From Candidatus Galligastranaerophilus gallistercoris (GTDB lineage Bacteria > Cyanobacteriota > Vampirovibrionia > Gastranaerophilales > Gastranaerophilaceae), in the NCBI GenBank assembly GCA_018710795.1, contig DVJH01000004.1, positions 1 to 35,907 on the forward strand: a stretch of 35,907 bases of DNA. The letters are read 5' to 3'. Below are positions 28,286 through 35,907 of the stretch, piece by piece. Made by a program: the position numbers and the translations under genes. Each line of letters opens with the position of its first letter. Position 1 is the stretch's first letter. The notes below the pieces were generated by a model. It was not told the DNA's origin. It ran no database searches and saw nothing but the letters and a program-made list of their open reading frames with translations.

Positions 28286-28320
28286 AAAGCCCCCTTAATT
28301 TAGGGGGCTTTAATTTTTTA
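28286..28320. terminator. Bidirectional hairpin terminator between convergent gdhA and the serpin-like gene
   Basis: AGCCCCCT (28288-28295) pairs with AGGGGGCT (28302-28309) around a 6-nt loop. It is followed by TTTAATTTTTT on the + strand and by an A/T-rich tract on the minus strand. Confidence 0.7.
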
Positions 28321-29391
28321 TTCCGCTTTTTTCAACAAGGCGTCATTTTTAATATCGGCTATAAAATAAGGAATTTCTTTATCTTTTTCTTTCAAAATTA
28401 AAACAAACGGTTTTGAAAAATCAAAATTTCTTATTTCTTCTACGGGTACCAAATTCATTTTCATAATTAAAGCCGCTTCCGATTTTAAGCTTCCGCCTTT
28501 ATTATCAAGGTTGAATTTAACGGTTTGAATGGCGCCTTGAATTTCAAAATTCGTTCCTTTTATTTTCTTATTGCAAAGTTCATCATAATTAAACATTTCA
28601 TCTATTTTAATAAAAGGAACCTTTAATCTGTCATTTTTATCAAAGTTTTTATCTCCGTCAAATTTCTCCGTTTTTTTATTAACATCGTATATGTATTTTT
28701 CTAAACTTTTATTGTCGTCCGTTCTGTATAAAATAACCTCATCATCTCCTTTTGTGATTAATTTAACCGCATAATCATTGTTTGAATTATAGAATAAAAC
28801 ACTAAGGTTATCTTTTAATTCTCTTGCTTCATCTTCCGTTTTAACGCCGAAATATTCAACGTTTTCTTTTGAATTGTTAAAATTACCGTCTGCAAGTTTT
28901 ACGAATTCTTTTAAATATTCAAAATCTTTCTTCAGCATTGCATAAACAACAAGAGATTTTGAATCCCAGTTGATATTATCAAGTATATCGCTTGTTTCAT
29001 TGAATTTTTCTTTTATTCCGTCTTCAATTTCTTTTTTTAATGCGGGCGTTGCAATGCCTTTATTTTTATAATAAGACTCATCTGATATATCGGCTGTCGT
29101 AAAACCTTCTTTGTTCAATTTTTCTGCCAGTTTTGATTTTCCGCCTTCAAATTTCACGGGTGCTTTTATAATGTCATTTTTAAAATCGTTCCAAACCAAT
29201 TGAAACGTTCCGACCCAGACTCTGTTTTTACCGATTTCATTTACCGGCGCAAAATTTGCCTCGTTCAACGTTCTTGTATCCTTATCCTGTGTAAACCATA
29301 AAAATGCGTCTGCTCTGTTTTGCATAAATAAAAATATCCCAAACGCCGCAAAAAGACCCAAGGCATATCCGATACTTCTTTTAAAATTCAT
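28318..29391 (-). CDS. Secreted or membrane-anchored serpin-like protein (divergent)
   Basis: 357 aa. N-terminal hydrophobic anchor or signal. The C-terminal IQTVKFNLDNKGGSLKSEAALIMK....FDFSKPFVLILKEKDKEIPYFIADIKN parallels the serpin pattern (hka.ievnEeGteaaAat....f.adrPFlf.i.....ilFmG.v.nP). LVVYAMLKKDFEYLKEF parallels lvLvNaiyFkg.W. AAGGAG SD. Read by eye only. Confidence 0.4.
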   Translation of the reverse strand: MNFKRSIGYALGLFAAFGIFLFMQNRADAFLWFTQDKDTRTLNEANFAPVNEIGKNRVWVGTFQLVWNDFKNDIIKAPVKFEGGKSKLAEKLNKEGFTTADISDESYYKNKGIATPALKKEIEDGIKEKFNETSDILDNINWDSKSLVVYAMLKKDFEYLKEFVKLADGNFNNSKENVEYFGVKTEDEARELKDNLSVLFYNSNNDYAVKLITKGDDEVILYRTDDNKSLEKYIYDVNKKTEKFDGDKNFDKNDRLKVPFIKIDEMFNYDELCNKKIKGTNFEIQGAIQTVKFNLDNKGGSLKSEAALIMKMNLVPVEEIRNFDFSKPFVLILKEKDKEIPYFIADIKNDALLKKAE

Positions 29392-29402
29392 CTTTTTCTC
29401 CT

Positions 29403-29990
29403 TTATATATTTTTCTTTACTATGATAATTGAGTTTTTGGGATTTTTCATTACTTCTTTTAAACTAATTTTTTTAATCGCTCTGATTTCGTATAAATTTA
29501 ATTTTTCAATAATATCAACGGATGCAATTGACAGCTTATAATCTTTTGTAAAATCTCTTGTAATAATATCAATAACGGGTTTTTGAAGCTTTATTTCCGC
29601 TTCGAGTCTTGTCCAAAATTCATAAAAACTTTCTTTGTCATTGCAAGTTATGCCGTAATAATCGGAAAGTTTTTCAAAATTTCTTTCTTTTTTTTCTTCT
29701 ATATCAACGCCGATTGAACAATTGTTAAAGCCGATTAAAACAATGTCGTTTGAATGAGAAACGCTAAAATAAATTTCATCATTTTTTAATTTCGGTTTTT
29801 TATTTTCATAACAAATTTCAAATTCTTTAATTTTATAAAAATTACTTAAAACAAATTCAAGAAGAAACATCGAAATCGAATGCTCAAGCATCCTTTTTTT
29901 TGAGCCGAGCTCCTTTTTTTTAAAATAATCAAGTTCGCCCGTATCGATATTTTCTGTGAAATTGCCGATACTTAAATAAAAAACGTCCAT
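29403..29990 (-). CDS. 4-phosphopantetheinyl transferase, Sfp type
   Basis: 195 aa. FSVSHSNDIVLIG...IGVDIEE (PPTase motifs 2 and 3) and FYEFWTRLEAEIK (W/KEA motif). Confidence 0.65.
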   Translation of the reverse strand: MDVFYLSIGNFTENIDTGELDYFKKKELGSKKRMLEHSISMFLLEFVLSNFYKIKEFEICYENKKPKLKNDEIYFSVSHSNDIVLIGFNNCSIGVDIEEKKERNFEKLSDYYGITCNDKESFYEFWTRLEAEIKLQKPVIDIITRDFTKDYKLSIASVDIIEKLNLYEIRAIKKISLKEVMKNPKNSIIIVKKNI

Positions 29991-30029
29991 AAAATAATTT
30001 TAAATTAGCTTTTATAAAAAGCAACAGTT

Positions 30030-32129
30030 TTATAAACTTGTTTTTTTATTCAAAGCAATTTCTTTTTTTAAATCCTCAATGAATTCCTTTCTGTATAAAA
30101 ATCCCAAATGCGAGCCTTTATCAATCAAAACCATTTTATTTCCCGCATAGCTTTTTAATTTTTTCAATTGTTCCAAATTAACCAGATAATCATCCATGGA
30201 ATGATAAATTTTATATTTATTGCTCTTTTTTAAAAAATCCGCAATTTTATAAAGGCTTGTATCAAATGAAAAATTTTTGTTCATATCCATATAACGGGCA
30301 AGATATTTTTTTGTATAATCATCATAATTCATTGAATTTATCTTTTTATAGATATCGCTCTTTTTTGAATTTGAACACCCCTCAAGCGTATAAATTAAGT
30401 CTGACAGTTTTTGATGCATAACAAAGCTTGTTATGATTTTTGCTTCGTTTTCATTAAAAGGAAGCTGTTCTATTTGTAAATCATTATCTTCTTTTGCTTC
30501 AAGCGTGCTTAGAATTTTTGCCGCTGCAAGCGCCGTTTTTTCTTTCAAATTGTCGGGGTTTCTCTCCCATGTATTTGCGTTTTCGTCTACGACCCGAAGC
30601 GCAAACGTAAGTTCAATCGGCGGATTTACGGAGATAAATTTTGAAATATTTATAAAATTGTCTTCCTCCTCTTCTTTTGCGAGAAATAACGTGCTCATGG
30701 CTCCGTATGACGTTCCTATGACAATTTTATCCTTAAACTTGCATTTATATTTTTCTTGAAGAAAATCAACGGCTTTTTTAGTTGTTTGTTTTAAGTAAAC
30801 AATGTCTTTTTCGGGAATTCCGGGGTAAAAATCTTCGGGCATGCTTTTTACGAAACTAAAGTTAAATGCGCTGGGCTGAATAATAACGGAATATCCTTCA
30901 TCATAAAACAACTTTGCAAACATTACGCTGTGATGAGAATAAACCCCTTCTCCTATTGAGGGAAATATTATTGCAACGGGAGAATTTTTATCTTTTTGCA
31001 TAATATATCTGAATTTACACTTATCTTTATCTTTGGTAATTTCAATTGATGAAGTTTTAATTCTGTTTTGAAAGCTTCTGTTCCAAATTGATGTTTCCAT
31101 CCAGATTGATTTTGTGGCATCTTCAATTTCGAATAAAACCGTTCTCATAGCGTCAATTACGGGGTGCTGAGGGTTAAAATCTTTTAAAATAATATCGGGA
31201 ATAAGCCCTCCGTCGTATAATACATTGTCTTTAACGGCGCTTCCTTTAATTGTTTCATCCTCCAAAACAAAATTGCCGTCCGTTATTTTGATTTCATCAT
31301 CTATCAGGCTTTTATCATATTTAACGGGAAGAATGCCGTCAAACTTTTGCGCATAAATTAAGTTTTTATTGTAGTTTTTAAATTTTATGTCTTGTTTTTC
31401 AAGTATTTCTTTTTTGTTCAGATTGTTTTCATTTATATAACATTGAACGCCGTACATTTTCTTTGCTATATCATACGGGTCTGCATATGTTGTTTCAACG
31501 GTTTTGCTCAAAGGCTGGATTAGTGCTGCATTGTTAACGGTAAAACCCGCTTTGACTGCCGCAATAATTAACGAGCCCATATACGAACTCGGATCCAGCC
31601 CCGCATCAAGCGCTTTTCCGAACAGCCCTCTTACGGTTGTCGAAGATAACACGGGTGCAACTATATACGGTCCTTTTTTAATTTTTAAAGAACTAAGCGC
31701 CTGTTCCATATCTTCATTGTTCGGGTAAAGTTTAAAAAACCTTTTTGCCGGATCAAACATTCCGCCCAATCCGATTGTGGAATTGGTTAAAAATCTTGCC
31801 GTCTCAATTCCGGCTTCTCTGAAATCTCTTTGAATAAGGTTTGAAACCAATCTTCTCGGGTATAAAACGTTGTCATAAACCGATTTAATTCTCTGTATTC
31901 CGTATTTTGGCACAATAGATGTCCAAATGACGGTAACGGGGCGGATTGCATATTTATTTAACGCCCCGTTAAATAAAAACATTTTTCTGTTAAAATTTTC
32001 AAATTTATCTTCCCCGAGATAATAATAAGCATAATCAGGATATTTTACACTTTCATTTGCATACGTGTGAATTAAAAAGCTGTTTAAACAAAATAAAACA
32101 ACAATTGTTTTGAATATAATTTTTTTCAT
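30030..32129 (-). CDS. Fusion protein: N-terminal MlaA/VacJ domain plus C-terminal alpha/beta-fold serine hydrolase
   Basis: 699 aa with a signal peptide. FENFNRKMFLFNGALNKYAIRPVTVIWTSIVP...RFLTNSTIGLGGMFDPA aligns by eye with E. coli MlaA (EGFNRTMYNFNFNVLDPYIVRPVAVAWRDYVP...RFFLNTILGMGGFIDVA). The C-terminal half has a GXSXG nucleophile elbow (IVIGTSYGAMS) and a late His (DKGSHLGF). Confidence 0.7.
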   Translation of the reverse strand: MKKIIFKTIVVLFCLNSFLIHTYANESVKYPDYAYYYLGEDKFENFNRKMFLFNGALNKYAIRPVTVIWTSIVPKYGIQRIKSVYDNVLYPRRLVSNLIQRDFREAGIETARFLTNSTIGLGGMFDPAKRFFKLYPNNEDMEQALSSLKIKKGPYIVAPVLSSTTVRGLFGKALDAGLDPSSYMGSLIIAAVKAGFTVNNAALIQPLSKTVETTYADPYDIAKKMYGVQCYINENNLNKKEILEKQDIKFKNYNKNLIYAQKFDGILPVKYDKSLIDDEIKITDGNFVLEDETIKGSAVKDNVLYDGGLIPDIILKDFNPQHPVIDAMRTVLFEIEDATKSIWMETSIWNRSFQNRIKTSSIEITKDKDKCKFRYIMQKDKNSPVAIIFPSIGEGVYSHHSVMFAKLFYDEGYSVIIQPSAFNFSFVKSMPEDFYPGIPEKDIVYLKQTTKKAVDFLQEKYKCKFKDKIVIGTSYGAMSTLFLAKEEEEDNFINISKFISVNPPIELTFALRVVDENANTWERNPDNLKEKTALAAAKILSTLEAKEDNDLQIEQLPFNENEAKIITSFVMHQKLSDLIYTLEGCSNSKKSDIYKKINSMNYDDYTKKYLARYMDMNKNFSFDTSLYKIADFLKKSNKYKIYHSMDDYLVNLEQLKKLKSYAGNKMVLIDKGSHLGFLYRKEFIEDLKKEIALNKKTSL

Positions 32130-32296
32130 CCTGAACCTTTTATTTGATTGCCGGTTTTATTTTTTTCTCATAAAATGCAAAATACATTGCACTAAAAGCT
32201 ATTTTTTCGTGCAGGATAAAAAGTTTTAAAACTTTAAAATTAAAAAAAATTTTTTTCGCGTTTTATATAAAAGTCATAAAAAAGGATAAAAAAACC

Positions 32297-34027
32297 ATGC
32301 AAATTTCAAAAATAAACGCTTTTAATAACAATATTTATGCTCAAAGAAAAATAAACAAAACAAATAATCAAACCCGAACTCTAAACACGGATAAAACATT
32401 ATCACCGGTCTCGTTTTCGGGAAGTATTTATTATTTTAACAATTCGAGCGATCAGGAGACATTTTTAAAACAAAACGGAAGATTGAAATTTGATAAAGCT
32501 TATAAAAATTCTCTTTTCTATAACGGCAGCATAGTTTCGGGTACAAACTCCTCTAAAACGGAGAGTGTTTATAAAAACGGCGAAAAAACGGCTGTTAAAA
32601 CGATGTGGCAGGAAGGCCCCCAAAGTTCGATTTCCTCAATATTATTTACGGAAAAAAGAACAATGGAGCATGATAACGGCTCAAAAACCATTGAATGGTA
32701 TGATGAAAATTCAAATGCCCTATACGTTGAAGATTATAATTGCGACGGCGATTTAAGCGAAACCTATCTTTATGTTTATAAAAAGAATAATAAAAAACCG
32801 AAACAATCTTTCGGAATGCATGAAATAAAACCCTATAACATTGATACAACGGCTAAACCTTTAATATATATCGAAAGACATCTTGATAAAAGAAACGGTA
32901 ATGCGCTTCGCGAAACAACGGAACTTGACGGTGAAAAGCAACGGGAATGCGGCTATAAAACAAGAATGATTGATTTTGCTTTGAGTGGAGATAAAGAAAC
33001 CGAAACATATCTTGATTTTGTCGATAAACAACATAAAATGACATCCGATTCAAAGACCGTAACTTACAGAAATAATAAACCCGTAAAATCGGTTCAGGAA
33101 AATTGCAGATATTATACGGATGACGGTTTTGAAATTCCTTATGCGGAATGTAAGGAAAGAATTGCGGTCAATAAAAAAGAAAGCGGCACTGTCGTAACGG
33201 AAAAAAGATACTTTATAACCGATTATACCCAAGGGCTTAACCCTATAAGAAAGTTTGCATTTACCCAAAAACCGAATACGATAAGACAAACAAAATATTT
33301 CCCCTCGGAAGATAAGGCGGGGATTATCTACTTTGACGGCGACACAAAAAAACCATATGCCTGCGAAATATATGACAGCTTGGACGATGAACTTCCGACG
33401 GATATATTAAATTTTGACGACGGGTTCCATATTGAAATTCAAAATAATATCAGAAACCTTGTATCACTCCGCTACTTCAAGGGCGAAAATGATGAAAAAA
33501 TGATTGCAATGGGAGGTTTTAGAGTCCATGAGGGTAAATATACCCCGTGGCAATTTGAAACTTATGATACGGCTGATTCCATAGAGCAAACGGATAAACC
33601 GAGAAAAACATCAATTATAAGGTTCGGCAAAAACGATACAAAAATAATAACTTATATAAATCCCGACAATTCAATAAGCAGAAGTGAAAAATATTTTGGC
33701 GACGAATTATATGCATCTGCAATATATGAAAACGGCAAAATGACAAAACAGGAAATCACCCCCTATTTTGACCCTAAAAGAGTTATTGAATATAAAGATG
33801 ATAATGAAGACGTTGAATATACATATTACGGAAAATCCGATTCAATTGCTTCAAAAACTTTTTATAAAGATAAACTTGCACAAAAAAGAATTTATTATGA
33901 TGAATCGGGTAAACAAACCGAAACCGAATTGTTCAAAGACGGAATTTTAATTTCATCGCAAGAAGAACCGTTTAAGGAAGAAGTAAGGTTAAACGAAGCC
34001 GATTTCAGCACAAATTCACTTTTATAA
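32297..34027 (+). CDS. Hypothetical 576-aa protein with degenerate YwqK/MORN-variant-like repeats
   Basis: Recurrent short beta-hairpin-like units rich in Y, D/E, G, K (VYKNGEKTAVK, IEWYDENSNALYVEDY, AIYENGKMTKQE, RIYYDESGKQTETELFKDGILIS). No signal peptide or TM helix. AAGGA SD about 10 nt upstream. Confidence 0.45.
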   Translation: MQISKINAFNNNIYAQRKINKTNNQTRTLNTDKTLSPVSFSGSIYYFNNSSDQETFLKQNGRLKFDKAYKNSLFYNGSIVSGTNSSKTESVYKNGEKTAVKTMWQEGPQSSISSILFTEKRTMEHDNGSKTIEWYDENSNALYVEDYNCDGDLSETYLYVYKKNNKKPKQSFGMHEIKPYNIDTTAKPLIYIERHLDKRNGNALRETTELDGEKQRECGYKTRMIDFALSGDKETETYLDFVDKQHKMTSDSKTVTYRNNKPVKSVQENCRYYTDDGFEIPYAECKERIAVNKKESGTVVTEKRYFITDYTQGLNPIRKFAFTQKPNTIRQTKYFPSEDKAGIIYFDGDTKKPYACEIYDSLDDELPTDILNFDDGFHIEIQNNIRNLVSLRYFKGENDEKMIAMGGFRVHEGKYTPWQFETYDTADSIEQTDKPRKTSIIRFGKNDTKIITYINPDNSISRSEKYFGDELYASAIYENGKMTKQEITPYFDPKRVIEYKDDNEDVEYTYYGKSDSIASKTFYKDKLAQKRIYYDESGKQTETELFKDGILISSQEEPFKEEVRLNEADFSTNSLL

Positions 34028-34096
34028 AAAAGCAAAAATTCTCATTTTGGCGTTTATATGGTAATATAATTTTTATTATAAAAAGGTATATCGGTT

Positions 34097-34747
34097 TTGA
34101 AAAAGATAATTTCGGCAAAAGAAGCGGCATCGTTTGTAAAAGATAATTCAACCCTTATGGTCGGGGGCTTTTTGGATTGCGGCGCACCGGATAAGCTTGT
34201 TGATGCGCTTGTGGAAACTGACGTTAAAAATCTTACATTGATTTGTAACGATACAACATACCCTAATGTCGACAAAGGAAAACTCGTTGAAGGAGACAAG
34301 GTTAAAAAAGTTATTGCAAGCCATATCGGAACAAATCCCATAACGGGAAAAAGAATGATGAATAAAGAAATTGAAGTTGAAATTCTTCCGATGGGAACGT
34401 TTGTTGAAAAAATAAGGGCATTCGGCGCAGGTTTAGGCGGCATTTTAACTCCGACGGGTGTCGGCACCGTTTTGGAAGAAGGAAAACAAACTTTTGAGAT
34501 AAAAGGTAAAAAATTTATTTTTGAAGAACCTTTAGGTGCCGATGTTGCTTTTATATACGGTACAAAAGTCGATAAATTCGGAAATGTTTCATATTTCGGA
34601 ACAACAAGAAATTTTAACACGACAATGGCAATGGCAGCCGATACCGTTATTGTTCAGGCCGATGAAATCGTAGATTGCCTTGACCCGAATGAAGTTGTAA
34701 TACCGGGGATTTTTATTGATTACATAGTGAAAAACGGAGAAGAATAA
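34097..34747 (+). CDS. 3-oxoacid/acetate CoA-transferase subunit A
   Basis: 216 aa. MKKIISAKEAASFVKDNSTLMVGGF... matches the AtoD/ScoA/CtfA family N-terminus. TTG start at 34097 with AAGG 10 nt upstream. Confidence 0.85.
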   Translation: MKKIISAKEAASFVKDNSTLMVGGFLDCGAPDKLVDALVETDVKNLTLICNDTTYPNVDKGKLVEGDKVKKVIASHIGTNPITGKRMMNKEIEVEILPMGTFVEKIRAFGAGLGGILTPTGVGTVLEEGKQTFEIKGKKFIFEEPLGADVAFIYGTKVDKFGNVSYFGTTRNFNTTMAMAADTVIVQADEIVDCLDPNEVVIPGIFIDYIVKNGEE

Positions 34748-35431
34748 ATGACAACTGCCTGTGAAACCGTTTTATCAAAAGAAAAAATAAGAGAAATCAT
34801 ATCAAAGCGTGTCGTAAAAGAATTTAAAGACGGCGATGTCATAACGCTCGGAATCGGTCTTCCGAATGAGGCCGCAAATTATATTCCCTCCGACATTAAC
34901 GTAATAATCCATTCGGAAAACGGAGTATTGGGGATTGGAAAAAGAGCTGAAGGCGAATATGAAGATAAAAGAATAATTAACTCCGGCGGCGCCCCGATGC
35001 ACATTAAAAGAGGTGCCAGCTTTTTTGATTCTCAAATGGCATTTATGATGATGAGAGGCGGGCATATTGATGCAACCGTTCTGGGTGCTCTGCAGGTTGA
35101 TGAAGAAGGAAGCCTTGCAAGCTGGCAGATTCCGAATAAATTTGTCCCCGGTATCGGCGGCTCGATGGATTTGGTTGTCGGAGCCAAAAAAGTCATTATT
35201 GCAATGGAACATTTATCAAAAGGCGAAATTAAAATAGTAAAAAAATGCACTCTGCCTTTGACTGCCTATAGAGAAGTGGATATGATAATAACCGAAAGAT
35301 GTGTTTTAAAAGTTGAAAATCATAAGCTTGTTTTAATTGAATTAAATCCAATGTATTCAATTGATGAAATTAAACGTTCAATTCAGGCGGATTTTACAAT
35401 CAGCCCCGATTTAAAATTAATGGAAGTTTAA
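34748..35431 (+). CDS. 3-oxoacid/acetate CoA-transferase subunit B
   Basis: 227 aa. Contains the SENG motif (IHSENGVLG) carrying the catalytic glutamate of subunit B. The ATG directly follows the subunit A stop; GGAGAAG SD. Confidence 0.85.
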   Translation: MTTACETVLSKEKIREIISKRVVKEFKDGDVITLGIGLPNEAANYIPSDINVIIHSENGVLGIGKRAEGEYEDKRIINSGGAPMHIKRGASFFDSQMAFMMMRGGHIDATVLGALQVDEEGSLASWQIPNKFVPGIGGSMDLVVGAKKVIIAMEHLSKGEIKIVKKCTLPLTAYREVDMIITERCVLKVENHKLVLIELNPMYSIDEIKRSIQADFTISPDLKLMEV

Positions 35432-35907
35432 TTTAAATATTTTGTCAAAATAAGCTTTTTTAGCGCCTTGGCATTAATTGCATCCGGTTCAATTTCAATT
35501 ATTTTATCCAGATATTCTATCGCTTCATTGTATTTTGCAAGCTTTTTTAACCCTGCCGCCATTGCAAACATGGCATCAACAAATTTATTATCAAGTTCAA
35601 TCGCTTTTTTTAAATCTTCAATTGCATTTTCAATTTTCGGGTTTATTATATCTTTTCTCGATAAAATTATTTTTGCTCTGTTGTAATATGCATCCGTCAT
35701 TTTGGGATTTATTTGAATTGCTTTGGTATAATCCATCATCGCCTCATCCCAGTTTTCCTTTGCCTGATAGCAGGCGGCTCTGTAAAAATAAGAAATTTCA
35801 AAATCATTTTTTAATTTTATCGATTTATTTATAAATTCGATTGCTTCATTGTATTTGCCTTCATAAAAAGCATTAATGCCTTCATCTAAATAAAATTTAT
35901 ATTGAAA
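35428..35907 (-). CDS. TPR-repeat protein, 5-prime end outside the window
   Basis: The frame stays open from the stop at 35428-35430 to the window edge (160 codons including the stop). The ATG at 35739 in the ORF track is internal. Repeated A..Y..RA......A..D..KAIEL/I.P motifs. Confidence 0.7.
   Translation of the reverse strand, partial: FQYKFYLDEGINAFYEGKYNEAIEFINKSIKLKNDFEISYFYRAACYQAKENWDEAMMDYTKAIQINPKMTDAYYNRAKIILSRKDIINPKIENAIEDLKKAIELDNKFVDAMFAMAAGLKKLAKYNEAIEYLDKIIEIEPDAINAKALKKLILTKYLN

Noticed and set aside
32222-32233. 12-bp perfect palindrome AGTTTTAAAACT in the divergent intergenic region between the MlaA-fusion gene and the 576-aa gene
   Set aside because: It is composed almost entirely of A/T in a very AT-rich spacer, so it could easily be chance. 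No second copy was seen.
32646-33289. Three minus-strand ORFs (66-79 aa) inside the 576-aa gene, and the plus-strand ORFs 32565-32756 and 33768-33950 in other frames
   Set aside because: They are short, Arg/Phe/Tyr-rich and lack an SD. All are nested in a long continuous plus-strand ORF.
34054-34620. 188-aa minus-strand ORF overlapping CoA-transferase subunit A
   Set aside because: The plus strand encodes a clearly recognisable CoA-transferase A subunit. The antisense translation is Ser/Pro/Phe-rich with no motif, so it is a shadow ORF.

Overview
AT-rich bacterial chromosomal window. I saw no rRNA, CRISPR array, transposase or integrase. It carries 33 credible protein genes, one tRNA-His(GTG) and one truncated glycosyltransferase pseudogene. 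Left end (0-6.2 kb): a TetR-led minus-strand carbonyl-reduction operon (TetR, two aldo/keto reductases, Fe-dependent alcohol dehydrogenase) with two tandem palindromic operators, then a divergent cupin, a CheR-like methyltransferase and an acyltransferase-3 membrane protein. 6.3-10.8 kb: three tandem paralogous membrane proteins, each with two TM hairpins (DUF3137-like from memory, unverified), followed by an M48 zinc metallopeptidase. 10.8-17.3 kb is my best candidate for an undescribed system. It is a minus-strand unit of two small genes, a giant protein of about 1750 aa and a tightly coupled 100-aa ORF. The giant protein has an acidic coiled-coil N-terminal part, a Gly/Ala-rich hydrophobic module and a C-terminal calpain-like Cys-His-Asn protease core. 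17.3-23.5 kb: secreted GHL10-type glycoside-hydrolase-like protein, short HPF, response regulator with HD-GYP domain, and an operon of a secreted hypothetical, TrxB and a Zn-ADH. 23.6-25.1 kb: tRNA-His, a RelE/ParE-type toxin with HigA-type antitoxin, and a 5-prime-truncated GT2 remnant. 25.2-35.9 kb: GalE translationally coupled to an ankyrin-repeat protein, GdhA, a minus-strand operon (MlaA fused to an alpha/beta hydrolase, an Sfp-type PPTase, a serpin-like secreted protein), a 576-aa repeat protein, CoA-transferase subunits A and B, and a TPR protein cut by the window edge. The MlaA homolog implies a diderm envelope. The density of eukaryote-like domains suggests a host-associated organism, but no taxon can be assigned from the sequence alone. 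All family assignments come from motifs read by eye; no searches were run.
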